A stretch of 52,606 bases of DNA, filler included, from Bipalium vagum (taxonomy: Eukaryota), in assembly GCA_037834085.1 (NCBI GenBank). It is 3 parts of 3 records of this genome, joined end to end, with 100 filler letters (N's around TTAATTAATTAA, not from the genome) between each part and the next. Parts side by side here need not be neighbours in the genome. Positions count along the whole stretch, not along the records: positions 35,875 to 52,606 come from JBBMKC010096531.1; 2 more parts are not named here. One strand, written 5' to 3'. Every line of letters starts with the position of its first letter. Positions within the stretch are counted from its first letter, which is position 1. The notes below the pieces were generated by a model that saw only the letters and a list, made by a program, of their open reading frames with translations, did not search any database and was not told the DNA's origin. This document shows positions 35,875 through 50,479 of this stretch, piece after piece. Made by a program: the position numbers and the translations under genes.

Positions 35875-38800
35875 ATATATCCTTTCAAATAGCTGAGGAA
35901 ATTGTCGAACATATTTACTAATTATAAAATATTTTATCATTTAATATATCTATGTTTGATTCGAAAATTGTTTTCCTTCATTTTTTTATTATTAAATTTC
36001 ATTTTGTTCCGAGATTGAAAGTTAAATATTGACATGATAATCAATTTGTTTTAGTTAACTGAAAGTAATATTTCCTTAGTTATTATTTTTATTATTTTTT
36101 TTATAATATTTAAGAAGTAAAAATATTTATTATTATAAAAAATTAAAATTAATTCTTAAAATATTTAGGGTTAACACGTGAATGAATACATAGCAATATT
36201 TTATTTATATATAAAAATTTTATTTATTTTTATTATTTTTTAACAGATCGATATACCGAAAAGAAAACATAATTACCTTGCATCATTATCAACTTTTAAA
36301 AAATTGTTATTTATATTTTAAATAATTAATTTATAATAATTTGTCGTGTCTGTTGGAATTTAAAGATAAATTATTGTTATATAATGCCAAATAAAATAAA
36401 TTATGAATTAAAGTGTTGAATGGTCGATCATATCCATTTTCAAAGCTTCATAATACTCATCGTCATATCCTTTTTAGTACATACTTTATATCTACTTTCA
36501 GATTATCATTCCTCACTCTTATTTGATGCTTAAACTATGTTGTTCTAGGTAATTAATTTTACCGTCCACAAGAAATTCATATTGTTTTCAGTGCCTTTAC
36601 CAATACAGATCTATCAGATCCATAAATTCCAGATCAATTCTTCTATTAACATGTAATATTTTAATAGCTTCAAACATCATTTTCCCATAATTATTGAAAT
36701 ATTGAGACAAAAAAATGATAATTTATCGAACGTTCGTTTACAGACAAACGATATTGGAAAAAACCCCGAGATATAGATTCAATCTAATTCGTCTCGAAAT
36801 AAAAATTGATGGCTGAAAAATTATGTACCAAAAATATCCTAAAAATTTTCTGTGAAATGTCAATTAATTAATTTTATGGAAGTATTGATTTATTATTAGA
36901 ATATTCCGTGAAGAAATTATAGTAAATTCATGATTTGATAAAAATACACGAACGGATTATTTTTACCAGTCTACATGGTATTGTATTCGAACCCATTGAG
37001 TATTCGTTCATGGAGTGTCATTCAATATTTCTTTGATCATGATCTGTCCCAAGTGCAGCACAACGAACAAATGCAATGTCAATATTAATACTACCATTTA
37101 TCAAATATTGCGGGAAATTATACTTTCTGCTCGGTGAAAGGTTTGGTGTTAATTGTGATAAAAGGATTTAGAGTTCATAAAAGAGCTGGATTACGATTAA
37201 TTAAAAAATTTCTTTACAATAATTATATTTTCTCTCAACATTTCCGAAACAGATGTTGAGATGGTAATCATTTTAAAATTAATCGTTTTTTTAATCAAAA
37301 TTATTTTTTTAATAAATAAAATCGAAATTTCTCAACTGAATGTTCCATTAAATCGGAATTTTACTTGACAGGTTATTTTTTTTAAGTTAATGTTTTGTTA
37401 AAAATACAAAGCATTTTTGTTTTAATCAATTGACAGTCGTTTTATTGCATTTGTCTTTGAGAAAATATTTGTGGATTTTACAGATCATCCATAACAAATG
37501 AAAATGATTTCGATAACCACTAGAAAAAAAAGAGGGAAAGGGAAGTTCAGAGAGAGCTTGACATTTTGTACAGAGAAAATGTAAATATAATATAATCATT
37601 AAAAATATTCATTTCAGTGTGATTGATTTCCTTTCATCCACCCGCACAGCCCCGCTCAAAAGCAAATATGGTCCAGTTTTTTAAAAATAATATTCCCATA
37701 TAAATGGTAATTTCTGAATAAACATCAACCGACTGCATTGGACAAATTTCAAAGTATGGAAAAATTTCCCATAAAATAGTTCGAGTAAATAAATAAATAT
37801 CGATCGGATCTGCCAGTGATTCATGGCTGATATTGATGATCCTAGGTGGTGGTGACGTCATGAAAGAATATTTTTATTTTATTTTTTGTAAACTTTTCTA
37901 TGAGTAGATTCTTAAAGATTCTGACTTGCCAAGCAACATAGCCACGAAACCCTCGATACTTGGCCATTATTTCGGTTTTTAATATATAAACTTTGATTTA
38001 AAATAAAATCTATATATATAGAAATATATTTTTTAAAATACGACAAACAGTCACAGCTGTTTTAAATATATACATGTTGTGAAATATCTAATATTAATTA
38101 ATTAATCAATTTATTTATTTGTTAACAAGTGTTTTGAATTTTTCATTTCATTGTTTTTAATCAGGTATTAAAAATTAAATTGTTTATTAATATATAATTA
38201 AGATTAAATGATTAATTAGAAAAAATCACAAACTTTTATTAATTGTTCAGAAAATTTTATTTTTATCCGAAATAAATAAAAATAATAGAGTAATTTTTGA
38301 AAATTTTTAAAGTAAAGTAAATCAAAAATTAATTCAGTAATTAATTTCCATTAAAATATTATTAATATAACTATGTAAATTTTGTATAAAATACAGATAC
38401 AGCATGTCTTATATTAAATCAATAATGTTCAGTGTTACAGATTTCCAGATGCCATTCCTGTAATCCAAATTTAGATAACAGAAGTGTAAACAAGGTTTTA
38501 GAGTGAATTTCCGTTTCATAGTTATTAAAAAAAATTTAGATTTAATATAAAATAAATTATAATCATATTATTAATAGTAGGCAGAAACATTTCAGTCAAT
38601 ACCTTTTCAATATATTTTCAAATTAAGACAATAATAATTGTTATAATTACACTGAGAAACTCCAAATAGCACAATAAAAAATAAGAGCTCAAAAATAATT
38701 GATTATGTTATTATTAAAGTTCTATGGTTTTCGTTAAACGAATTCAAGGTAACATAAAATTAGCCTTAATATAAAATGTTTAATTACATATGAAATATAA

Positions 38801-39247
38801 TTTAATTATTAATTATTTTATTAAAACGAAACTTATGGTTTCTAACTCCTAGTTATTTTGAAAATTCTGAAATATTTTAAGGAAAATTGAATATCAATTA
38901 AAAAGTGAAGAAAAAAATTTATTAAGTTATGTAAAAAATTAATGAATTTTGTTTTCTTGAAAATAATTCCAGAATAATTTGACTATCCCTTAGACAAATT
39001 CACATGGTGATCTTAGACATATCAAGATATACTTATTTCCGCTAATATATGATGAAATGGAATTTTTATTACATTAAAAATAATCATAAACATTCTACAA
39101 AGAAATTTCAAAATTTCCCCTGATCTTAAACATATCAGAGATCTGAATGTCCCTCTAATACATTCTTTTAAACTTTTAGAAGTCTTGAAAAAATATCAGT
39201 ACAGGATAAAGAAATTTCTCAAATGATTTATTTTTTGAGCGCCTTTT

Positions 39248-39252
<5 letters not shown>

Positions 39253-39282
<30 letters not shown>
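39253..39282 (+). repeat. (TA)n microsatellite
   Basis: Tandem TA run. Confidence 0.9.
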
Positions 39283-39287
<5 letters not shown>

Positions 39288-40278
39288 TATATATAATATA
39301 TAAATAATAATATATATAATATATAAAAGGTGATCTAGAAGACAAAACAATACATAATACCATCCTTTTGGCTTTTAATTACCTCTTCATAATATCTATC
39401 ATTTTATCTTAATTCAAAAAGGATCTCATTAATAAGCTCGCTAGTTACGAAATATCCTATTTTGAAAGGTTAAAAAACAAATAGAATAAAATATTCTGCT
39501 TTAATATTGATCAGAAAATATATAAACGGTATGATCAAATCAGAACTATAAAAGGTTAACAATATTTTCTTTAAAATCTAACAATTGATTATTACGATAC
39601 TTAACATTTCCTGAAAATCTACAAATCTCAGTAAATTGCAGATTGACAGATGATTCGTAGAAAAAGTGACAAGGAATGTGATAATGCTAATACATTATCA
39701 ATTAAATTAATATTTAATAATTTGAGCTCTATTAAAAATAATAATTATATTTAAAATTAAAATACTTTTGAAAAAAAGATAAGTATATCATCAAGGTCAG
39801 GTAAAATAAGAAGACGAAAAATGATTTTTTTAAAAATGATAAAAATATAAATAAAATAAAATATAAAAATAAAAATGACGTAAATGAATAATTATTCCTA
39901 ATTTTTTATGAAAATAATTGAGTAGTTGAAAAATGTTTTCCCTTTATTTAATACTTAATCAGATTATTCATTTAAATTAATTATAAGATTTATTAATTAA
40001 TTATTTTAAAAATCATTATTAAATTAATTTTTAAAATTATTAAATTTTTTTTTAAATTTATCTAACTTTTAATTTATGGTTATGTTTAATTCATTAATTT
40101 AAAATTTTAAAAATTTTAATGTAAATTTTGAATTAATTCTTACAGTCGTAATGAATTAAATTTAAAAAAAATTAATATTTTCGATAAATATATAAAGTTT
40201 GATATAAAAAATTTCAGTGGTGTAATGAAAAGTACACAAATCAAGAGAATAAATATTTCTCTATTTTCAGAGGGCATT

Positions 40279-41331
40279 TTAATCAACGGGAATGTTGAAA
40301 GTATATTTTAATTCTAAGAATAAATAAATAATAAATAAATCATTTTTTCAAAATTGAAAAATATTCAAATTATAACAATATATGGATGATGGTTCAATAT
40401 GACAGGTTGTGGGTAACGAATTATAATATGAAAAACATATACCATATTCCAACAAGGTTATAAATGGTAAAAAATGATTTACCTGAAGATTTGATTGAAG
40501 ATGGCGACAGAAAATTCTGAGAATTTTGATCCAACTGAAAAAAGAAAATATTTAAATTATTCTACCAGAAAAAGTCAACATTTAATTTCGTTTATCTCTA
40601 ATACGAAAACCGATTACTATTTATCAAATTAACCAAGGAAACAGGCATAAAAAGAATAAATATTATCAACCTCAGAATCAAATTGGGCTTTCTTTGGACT
40701 GCTTGTCGTTTCTGGAATGATAAAGACAAGTTATTATAAAATAGAAATAACGCGCAATAAAGTAACTTTAAACATTATACGAAATATTTGAACGGACAAA
40801 CGTGAATTAATAATATAAATAGTTTACAACTAAAAATATTGTATGATTAATAATTATATTTCATAAACCAAAAATATCAACCGACTAAAAATTTTGGTAC
40901 ACTAAATATTATGGGGAAAATTGTTTTTATTATGCGTATAATTCTGACAAAATAAAAATAAAATATTAAAGAATAAATTAAATTAAATTTGTAACTCGTG
41001 AGCATAATGGAAAAATAAAATAAAATTGTTTTTCATTTAAGAGAAGGATAGCCCAATCAAATGAAAATATTGCAAATAATTAATTAAAAATAAATATTGA
41101 TTGGTTAAAATCAATAAAATAATATTGCTGGATAAAACGATATAAAATACCATTTGCTCGAAAAATGTTCGCACATAGAAACTAATTAAAAATGCCAAAA
41201 AAATATTTTACTCTAAAAATACTTTTTTTATATGTATTCCTGAATTCCATTCCAATTCCGGATAATTAAAATGGACAGTTTTCAGCTCCATCATTAGAGA
41301 ATATCGAAACTTCCACCTCTCCTCCCCTACT
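40279..41331 (-). CDS. 3' end of an unidentified gene made of small exons
   Basis: Five GT-AG exons with matching phases: 41223-41331, 41151-41181, 40671-40711, 40483-40534, 40279-40313 (TAA). Product: VGEERWKFRYSLMMELKTVHFNYPELEWNSGIHIKKFLCANIFRANETTSSPKKAQFDSELDQNSQNFLSPSSIKSSELKYTFNIPVD*. Confidence 0.55.
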
Positions 41332-43229
41332 CTAACAGAATGAAATTGTTTTCCCTTTGAAGTCTTTAATTATTAAAGTTAATGCATCTAACGTTCTGTG
41401 TTCCACTTATTTTTCTTGGAAACGTTTCTTTTGATTCAGAAAAATGATTTATTTAATTAATATTTCAACAAGGTACTAGGACATTTTTGCTGGTAACTAT
41501 TTCTTCTATTAAAAATTCTTAGACATTGTTAAAAATGATCACGTCATGAATATCTGTATATAAAAATAATCCCATTATTATTAACTAAGTCAGATGATCC
41601 GATCAAATGAAAAATAAAAGTGGAGTGTTCTCGGGAACATTTCAATCAAAGTGAAGAATACAGATTTTTCTCGTGGAAATCCAATTGTGTTTTCATCAAA
41701 TGAATCAAGACAAAACGGAAAAAATCAAAAATTAACAAATTAGATAATAAAATTATCTGATTAAGATAAAATGTAATTAAAACATTCGTGAGAACAGTGA
41801 ATTGATTACTGTAATTTTTCAGTTATCATTTTATTGTTCTTATTCTTGCTCGATTACGTGCGATAATTCGCAGAGAATGACAGAAGTGCTTTATCAAATT
41901 ACACTAGTAAAATAATTTATTACAAATATTAAAATCAATATTCACAAAAAAATTATAAAATAAATAAATTAAAAATCAATATATTTCTTGACAATTGTTT
42001 CTCACTGCTAAAAAAATTGTTTTTCATTATTGATTGGTAGTAAATTTAATAATTTGATTATAGAGCTAACTTCCATTTATCATAAATTTTATTAAAATTA
42101 ACCAAATGAGCAAATCCATGAGTATAACAATAAAAAGATAAATAACAACAATTAATATAAATAATTTTTATTCATATTATTTCATTATTATTTTAATATC
42201 CTAATAAATTTATTATCTGTCGTGACAACAGCGATTATGTAACAGTACACATTCTATAAGAACATTGATTATAGCAGATTATGCACAAATTAAATCAATT
42301 AACTTGTTACATAAATAAGTGCACATTTTCATTTACTATACAGAAATAATATTATAGATCTTTCACATAATATTATTTTTACAAAAGTCAGCATTTATTA
42401 TTTTAATAGAAATAATAATAATTTTTTCCATCATCGCATATCATAACAAAAATTGATAAATGCTGACCATGTAACACACAACGACAACAAAATGTTTTAT
42501 TTCATAATAATCAAGATTGAAATATAATTAATAAATTTATAATTTATATCAAAAAGCAAAATGATAATTAATTTGATTAAATTCGATAACGTTTTTTTTT
42601 TATTATTATTATTATTATTTCCATAAAAATTATCATTATCATTATTTTGTTTTCGTTATTTTATAATTAAACTAAATAAGGAAAAATTTCCTTCGGAAAA
42701 TGTGATTTTCCTTAATTGATTTACCATTAATTTAGTAAAAGTTGCTGTATTTATTGATTGTGGAGAAAAGATTAATATTTATTAGCATTTTATTATTTTT
42801 TCTTAAATTGAAGCTTCAAGAGGAATTTCAGTTTAGTTTAATGAAATAATTTCTTTACATAAAACGAGAATAAAAGGCTAATCTATCTCAGAACATAATG
42901 CTGCGAATTAAAACCAGAGTTATCGCATTTCATTAATGGTTGGAAGCTGTTTGAAGCATAATTATTTTGTTACAGTGATATATTTTTACTTAAGGAAACC
43001 GGCAGATATCACATAATTTCGATTTCGCAGAATTTCAGTTTTTGTCCACTGCATTAAATCGATATTTATTTTCAAAAAATTTGTGAGTTAACCGCAAAAA
43101 ATTAACAATTTCCTTATAAATTAATTAGCTTTACAATTTTTTATCATTATATATATATATTTTTAATTTTAAGGAACACGAATAAAAAATTATATCCAAT
43201 TCGGAATTAAATTATTTTTCCATTGCAAT

Positions 43230-43520
43230 GGAAACATCCTTAGAAAATCTGAATTTCATTTTCATTAATAAAAAGAGAACTCTTGGTGTGACATTAGGGA
43301 TTAGGATTAAGCTCTAAGGATATTGTTTTGATATTTCCCAGGCAAATTTACATACTCTTTCCATATAGAATAAAGATAAGAGTCGGATACAAAAATTAGT
43401 GCAATACGGATAGTTGGTACAGAGGGGTCTACTTCATCCTTGAGTTTACCTGGTGATATTACTTTAATTCTTGCCGAAAGAACACAAGCTCAATCAAAAT
43501 TCAGCTGCTTAATGATTGTT
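43230..43520 (+). mobile_element. Possible LINE RT relic
   Basis: IRIVG..SSLSLPGDITLILAE resembles I.I.G....LRFADDI.L.AE. Very decayed. Confidence 0.3.
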
Positions 43521-44834
43521 TAGAAATTGTTTTTTTAGAAATTTTATCAATTTATTTTAAAATGATTTGTTTAAGGCGCCTCATAATTTTGACAGATTTT
43601 ACACTTTGAAGCCTTTTTGAATTTATTATAGTCTTCAGCGGATATTAGTTGCAAATAATTATAAATCTTTTTAAAGTAATATTAATGGTTATCATTATTA
43701 TTATTATTATTATTTACGAAAATACTGTTACTTTGACTCTCTCTTAAAAATGACTTAATAAAACTAATTATTTACAATAAAAATTAATTTAAAGAAAATA
43801 TTATTAAATTATAAAAACCATTTATCAATTTATTCTCAAAGATCAACTTGAAACCCTTTGAATTGTTGAAATGTATTACATTAATCTGTAGATTTTGTTT
43901 TAATACCTCTTACTCTCAACTGATTTTTTCTTATAAAAATACCATAAATATATATCTTAGAGATATATATTTATCAACCAGGCCGACAGGAAGCCTAATA
44001 GTCGTTAGCATAGCTTCCTGTTTTTCTTGAAAAAAATACAGATCAAATTCAAATACTTTAGTGTTCCAATTATTGTAGAAATGTTGCAGCACAAGTAATT
44101 TGAAAAGAAACGTGGATGGGTAAATCGAAATTTCTCTTAATAAAATCAAAAAATTTCAACCAGACAGAGAAAACTATATAATTAGAATATTTTTGGAAAC
44201 GAATGTTATTCTCGAATATCCGCTTGACACTGGTATCTATACTATGTCATAACACAATTAAAGATGGATTTATAGGCCGGATGGTAATTGATGGCGGATG
44301 GTGAACATTGTTAAATAGTCGAAAATATTTCGATAATTTTCAGTGATTGGCAAAATCGACGGTTTTATTTTATGAAAAATTAGTACGATATTGATCTAAC
44401 CAGTAAATAAGTCAAAAATTTACACGAAACAATGTTAGTCCGTGTTGAAATGTGTGAATTATAAATAATGGAAATGAGACTGGGTCTCCTGCTGCAAATT
44501 GTCATTCAATTACAACACCAAATACCCATGATCCACTAGTTCGAATGCTTATCATGCAACGATGATCCAGTGTGAGTTTGGTTCCGATGATGTCGTAGTA
44601 AAAATGTACGAAGAGATCGAATTTTCAGTCACAGCTGGCACTGACGTAACTTAACATTTCAAAACCGGAAAGCCAATAATTTAACCATTACAGCTGTGCT
44701 GAACTGCTGATTGACATTATTAATTTGTACGAAGAAAAGAAAGAAATCCATATAAAATATTAACCTTGCCTATTTATGACAAATGATTTTCCAATCTATT
44801 GTTTTATGTGGTGAAATTAACTGATAAATAATAT

Positions 44835-45250
44835 AAGGGGTGTCCTTAAGAAATGTTTTTAAAAACAAAACATTTATCTACATATTATTACAGTACATAA
44901 ATATATCATTATTATGCATTTTTGTGTCGCTAAATAATTTTTTAAAAACAGCATTTTCATGAACCCTTCTAAATTGGCTAGCCAGTTTTGATAATACTTT
45001 TTTCTTTATCAACTTCAATGAAATGAGACATCATTTTTCATTCACTGTCACACATTAATCCACAAAAGAATTTTATTGAGTTTTTGAAGAATCTTTAGCT
45101 AATATGGAATTTCCTTACATCGTCAATTTTCTCTAATTTATTCTCTATTTTTCAACATAATAAGTAACAAAGTTTTAGAAGACAAAAGTGGCTTAAAGTG
45201 TCAATGAGAAAAGTTAATAGAAAATACTTTCCATCAAGGTTTCGATCTAT
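44835..45250 (-). mobile_element. Possible mariner relic
   Basis: TIR-like tataaggggtgtcc at ~44832; SFVD*CVTVNEK* resembles FLDRIVTGDEKW. Confidence 0.4.
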
Positions 45251-46110
45251 AAACGATATCACGACACGATCATAGAGAATAATGTATTGTGGAATCTGTT
45301 CTTTAGAATCGTTAATTCTCAACATATCAGTACTATATAACTGAACAATCCTTTGAAGGATAAAATACATTGAAATTCATAGACTTGGTCTTACAAATGT
45401 CTTTGAGAATCAGGGTACATAATAATTAATTTAATAATAATAATTAATTTAATTAACATAGTCTAGCAAATTTTTGTGAGTTAATAAAAAGAATATAAAA
45501 TCAGAAGTATTGATTTAAATTAATGAATAGTATTTTAAAAAATCAATAATAAAATACAAATAATCATTATCAACAATTTATACCAATAATAATAATAATT
45601 GACAATGGAGAAAATACTGATAACCATCAGCATCGCCACAATAATTACTGTGTTAAAACCGCGGAGAAAGGAATCAAAAGTCAGCCAATGTAGAAATAAT
45701 GTTATACTTTAGAGGAAATTGCCCAAATTAAGTCAGAATAAAAAAAATCAGAACAAGTTCATTAAGAAGAAATCTGTCTGATATTTTGTTCAGTGGAAAA
45801 AACAGATTTATCAATCAATCTATTGCAAAATTTGTCGTCATCGTTGTCGTTGTCGTCGTACAGAATATATAGGATATCTCAAAGATCTCTGTGCATCAAT
45901 TCCATTACACCACTGAACTTGTGTTATGTCACACATGAATTGGTTGGGGCTTTTTCTTGTTGGAAAAATAACAATGTTTTGGAAAATCTTGGTTTTCGAA
46001 AAAAGAAAAACCCGAAAAATGTTCTCAGATAAACAATGAATTTAATACAGCAAAAAATATTCGTTAAAAACAATTCATAAATCAGAAATATTCACAAGAA
46101 ATGCACAAAC

Positions 46111-46279
46111 CTGGCTTGAGATTATTATTGTTACTGGTGCTATTGTTTTTTGAACTGACAATGGTATGTTGTTTTTCTGGGAATCGTCTCACAGACCTGG
46201 TAGGGTTCCATTCAGATTGCTTATCGTTCGTTGACGAGGAAAGCATAATTTGAGCAATGTTTAAATCAATCCTATTTGA
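46111..46279 (-). CDS. Candidate internal coding exon of an unknown gene
   Basis: ttcag acceptor, 169-nt open frame (SNRIDLNIAQIMLSSSTNDKQSEWNPTRSVRRFPEK...NLKP), CAG|gtttgt donor. Neighbouring exons not securely found. Confidence 0.35.
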
Positions 46280-49200
46280 CTGAAATAAATTAATAAATTA
46301 AGATCAGCTTAAATGATGATACTAATATATTTATCTACCATAATAACATGATAATAATATTGGTGAGGATCATTAATTTTTAAGTCATTAATGATAATTA
46401 TAAGCTTGTATTAACATAAATATTATCACCCAAAGATTATAAAAATAATTATTATCATTATTTTGATACTTAACATCAACATATGTTAGGATTACTAATT
46501 ATTTGTCAGTTTAAGGCCCTATTAGGTAAATGTGCAACCAGTTTCAACAACAAACCGCAAAATATTTCACGTTTATTCGTTCAATTAAACACTCAAGTGT
46601 ATTAAGCTATCAATTTCGCATATATTTTCCATTGATGGGTAATGGAATTCGTCTGAGAGATCGAAAAGACAGAAACAGCCAGACGTTTAGGTACCAGGAA
46701 TATCACTAACAAATACATATATCCACTGTATTTTACCATTAAAAAAATATCAATGCCAGATATCACTTCGGAAAGCACACTCACATAATTACCATGTTGA
46801 TTAAGTGAAATTATGTTTAAATATCTGTTTTAAATGGAACATCCGTTCATTTACCAATTGAAAGATTACTTTGAAAAGTTTTGTATGATAAAGAATTTTA
46901 AAATGAATCAAAATCAAATTTTAATACATTTGAAAAGTAAATAAATATCATTGTTTTTCTTATTAGATTAATTTCCATAAATTACCACGTCAAAGTGACA
47001 CGTGAAATACATGAGATTAATTATAATAAAACCATTTGATAAGTAAAATATTTATATATGACAGAAATAAATTACCTTTTAAGCATATGGCGAATAAAAC
47101 AATCAATAATCTAAAATAGGAAAAGAAAATTATCTTGACATCAAAAAATAATTAAAAATCTGGAAAATGTAATTACAGAAAAATTAATTGGGTATTAATG
47201 TAAATTAATTAATATTTTGAAAAAAAATGAAGTTTCACAAAAAAATACAATAATTACTAATGAATATTATCAGAGAATAAAAATAATGTTGGATTTTTAA
47301 TTAAAATATTCTATTTACAGGATTACAATTTTTAATGCGTATAAACAATTTCCTTGTCAATTTCTGATTTTTATAATAAATTTTAATATAGTTATTTTGA
47401 TATAACAAAGTTATGATATTGATTAAACTTGGTCGTATATAATTAAATATAAATTATATAATTTAGAAGAAATGTATTGAATGAAAAGAGTTTGTCAAAT
47501 TTCTTGACTACCGTTATAATATTTTCAAAATTTCTTTTATTTAATTTTAATATTTTATTTAATGTTTGTATTGGAACGATATTTTAGAAAATAATTTTTG
47601 TGCTAAAATTATTAGTAATTTTCTTAATTTTTAATGGATAATTAAAATTAAAATTATTAAAGATTTTAAAAATTGTGACAATGAGAACAAAATATGCACA
47701 AAACTTTCTTGGCACGTATCATGATGATAGTTATAATTGAAAATTGTAGTTAATTAATAAAATTATAGCTTGAAAAATACCCAAGGAAAACTTTTTAGTC
47801 TCATATGCAACTAATAAAATTATGCACTATTTTTAAGTGAAATATATCATGTATCAATTTTAAAAGTTAGAGCCTGATTAGTTAAGTTTTCTATTGATAG
47901 TGATGTTTTAAACTTACGTGTTTAGGGGTAGTTCAAAAATGGAAATAAATATGCATCATGCAGTAATTGCATATTTACATAAAAGGTTTAATAGATAATA
48001 TTTTTTCGATGACATGATTGATGTTTTAGGACTGCGGCTGGGAACCAACGTCTCCAGATTAACATTAGAATATTAGCTAAGCAATATGTGGCTCTTTGAT
48101 ACGGAATAAAAATAATAATATGAAATGAAATTAGCACATGAATGCCGCTTATGATAAATAGCATAAGGATACATCTGTAAATAACTACATGGACTGTTAG
48201 CTATTACAGTTAACCAGTAGGAGTAGCTGTGAAATAAATTTGCTTAAAATTTATTGTTATCGTTATATTAAATTTACAATTTCCTTTTTTATCTACTTTC
48301 CATGTACGCTTGTGTTTTACGTACAAAACAAACATCCAATAAAAGTTTCGGCTGTCAAAAATTATTTTTCATATATTTTTGGTGAAATGGCTCCTTGGTT
48401 TAATAAAGCTTTTAACCCAAATTCTAGCGTAAAATGTACATTTGTAAAATTTGGTTAACTGATTACCTTCAAAACCAGAATATTATCATCCTCTTTTTGA
48501 CAAGATGGATAAAAAGAACATGCTAAAAGACATTATTGGAATATCCATCATATTTTCTGTCTAGGTGCTGACTTTATTGTATTTGAATATGATTAATAAA
48601 GAGTTTTCTCAAGATCATAATTCTTTCAACAGGAATAGGAACTTTTTAAAAAATTAAATTGGTTTTTCAATACATTTTAGTACTATTTTTTGTTGTACGG
48701 ACATGCACCTTACATTGAGATTTACCTGCAGTACTTTAATTATTTCAATTAAAATTTAATCAGGTTATTTCCAAGGACTTTTTAAATCTTTTACTATATT
48801 ATTAAAATTTTTATATTCTTATAATTTACATTGTTTAAAATGTGATTTTAAAATACAAAGTTTCCATATGACAAGAAAACCAAAGCGAAGTCTGATTTTG
48901 GTCTACATATTTTAGACATAAATTTTCTGAAAAAGATTCTTTCAACAAAATTATGACAATATGGATTTTATTCGTAAATTTTAGAAAGCATACCATAATA
49001 TTTATCAATTTTCTTTGAAGTCAATATACACTTTTAGTAACTGTTGAGGCCTATTCGATTTTGGTATTTATGTGAATTGTCTAAGAACAAGTATTTGTTT
49101 TAATGAATTTGGCATTTAGAGAAAGATAATTTCATCCTATTTATAAATATCCACTGGTGACCCAAGCGCAAACTTTGAATAACGAATGATAAAAAAACGT

Positions 49201-50479
49201 TTTTAATTTTCGATAAACCTATCATGTACCTCAATCAAATTTATATAATTCATTTCTATTTGAATTGTTCCCTATTCAATCAATAAAACATAATTAAAAT
49301 TACAATGGAGAAATATGGAAAATAAATAAGCAAAACCTAAACTTCATTAAAAGAAACTTATGGGTATCATCATGATCACCATTTTGATTCCCGCTCTCGA
49401 AAATAGTGACATTGAAAAGTAATTTATTTAAGGATAATGGTAAATTTGCGGAACCGAAGTAATAAGTCTGGTATTCAAAAAAAAGTGATCATCTGCTAGT
49501 ATTTTGATTGTTCTTCACAATAAACATGTCTGAGACATGTATTGCAGGGAATATTTAATGAAACAATCCAGAATGGCAAATTATTTTCACATATTCTTTG
49601 GAGGGATAATACTTGCGCAAACACTTGGAACCAAATTGAAAGAAATAATATTTTGGGTTTCTGCTTAATTTGTAAATTCTAGAATTTCTTTTTGAGACTT
49701 TAGTTAATTTCTTACGTGGTAAGATAATCAATAAATTTCCAAATGTCTAATAATTATTTTTTAGAAGATAAAAAAGTAATTATCAATCGTTACTCTTACA
49801 AATTGATTTCCAAAAATTAACATTGTCTATTAGATTAAAAAAAATGTCGGGAATAATGCTTTGACCTTATTTTCAAGCGATTTCCTTTTAATCATATTTA
49901 ATAATTAATAAAAGATTCAGACATCATCGATCAGAAATGTCTAATGACATTCCATCAAATTAGTCATTACTTTCCAAAACAGTCTTGGCAGACAGCTGTA
50001 ACAGACACACGCGCGCGCGCATCACTATTCACTGCTGTGCCGTACTGTCCCGATCATAGCAGCGACCTTCTCATGCAATTAAACTAATGATTAATTCTGC
50101 GAATTGGTGCACGAAGTTTTACTTTCAATTTTTATGTAGAAAATTCTAAAGGAATCAAGAATCTATTTTGGTCCTCTACACCGTACAATGTTTTTCAGTT
50201 GATTTCAGTAATTTTCATTTCCAATAATAACAAGTTGAAATTTCTTATATCATATGAAGCGATGTCAGCAAAAAAGTGTCAGACTACGTCCCTAAGAAAA
50301 AGGTCGAAACTTCACTCATTCAGAGATTTAGTGAAGTTTATTTTATCCTTCAATTTGATGAGCATATATTACCAATTTATCATTAATAATATTGTTTTGT
50401 GAAAATTTTTGAAACTGAAACAATTTTACAGTCTCCTAAAAATTCAACATACTTAGTTCAGTTTTTCTCCAATAATTTC

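Noticed and set aside
37498-37861. Two phase-compatible plus-strand exons (37498-37580, 37618-37670) and a 75-aa minus ORF
   Set aside because: The chain cannot be extended without stops and I recognise no homology.
49400-49680. RTE-like RT relic (QVLSLQRICENNLPFWIVSL)
   Set aside because: A single weak motif with no supporting neighbours.
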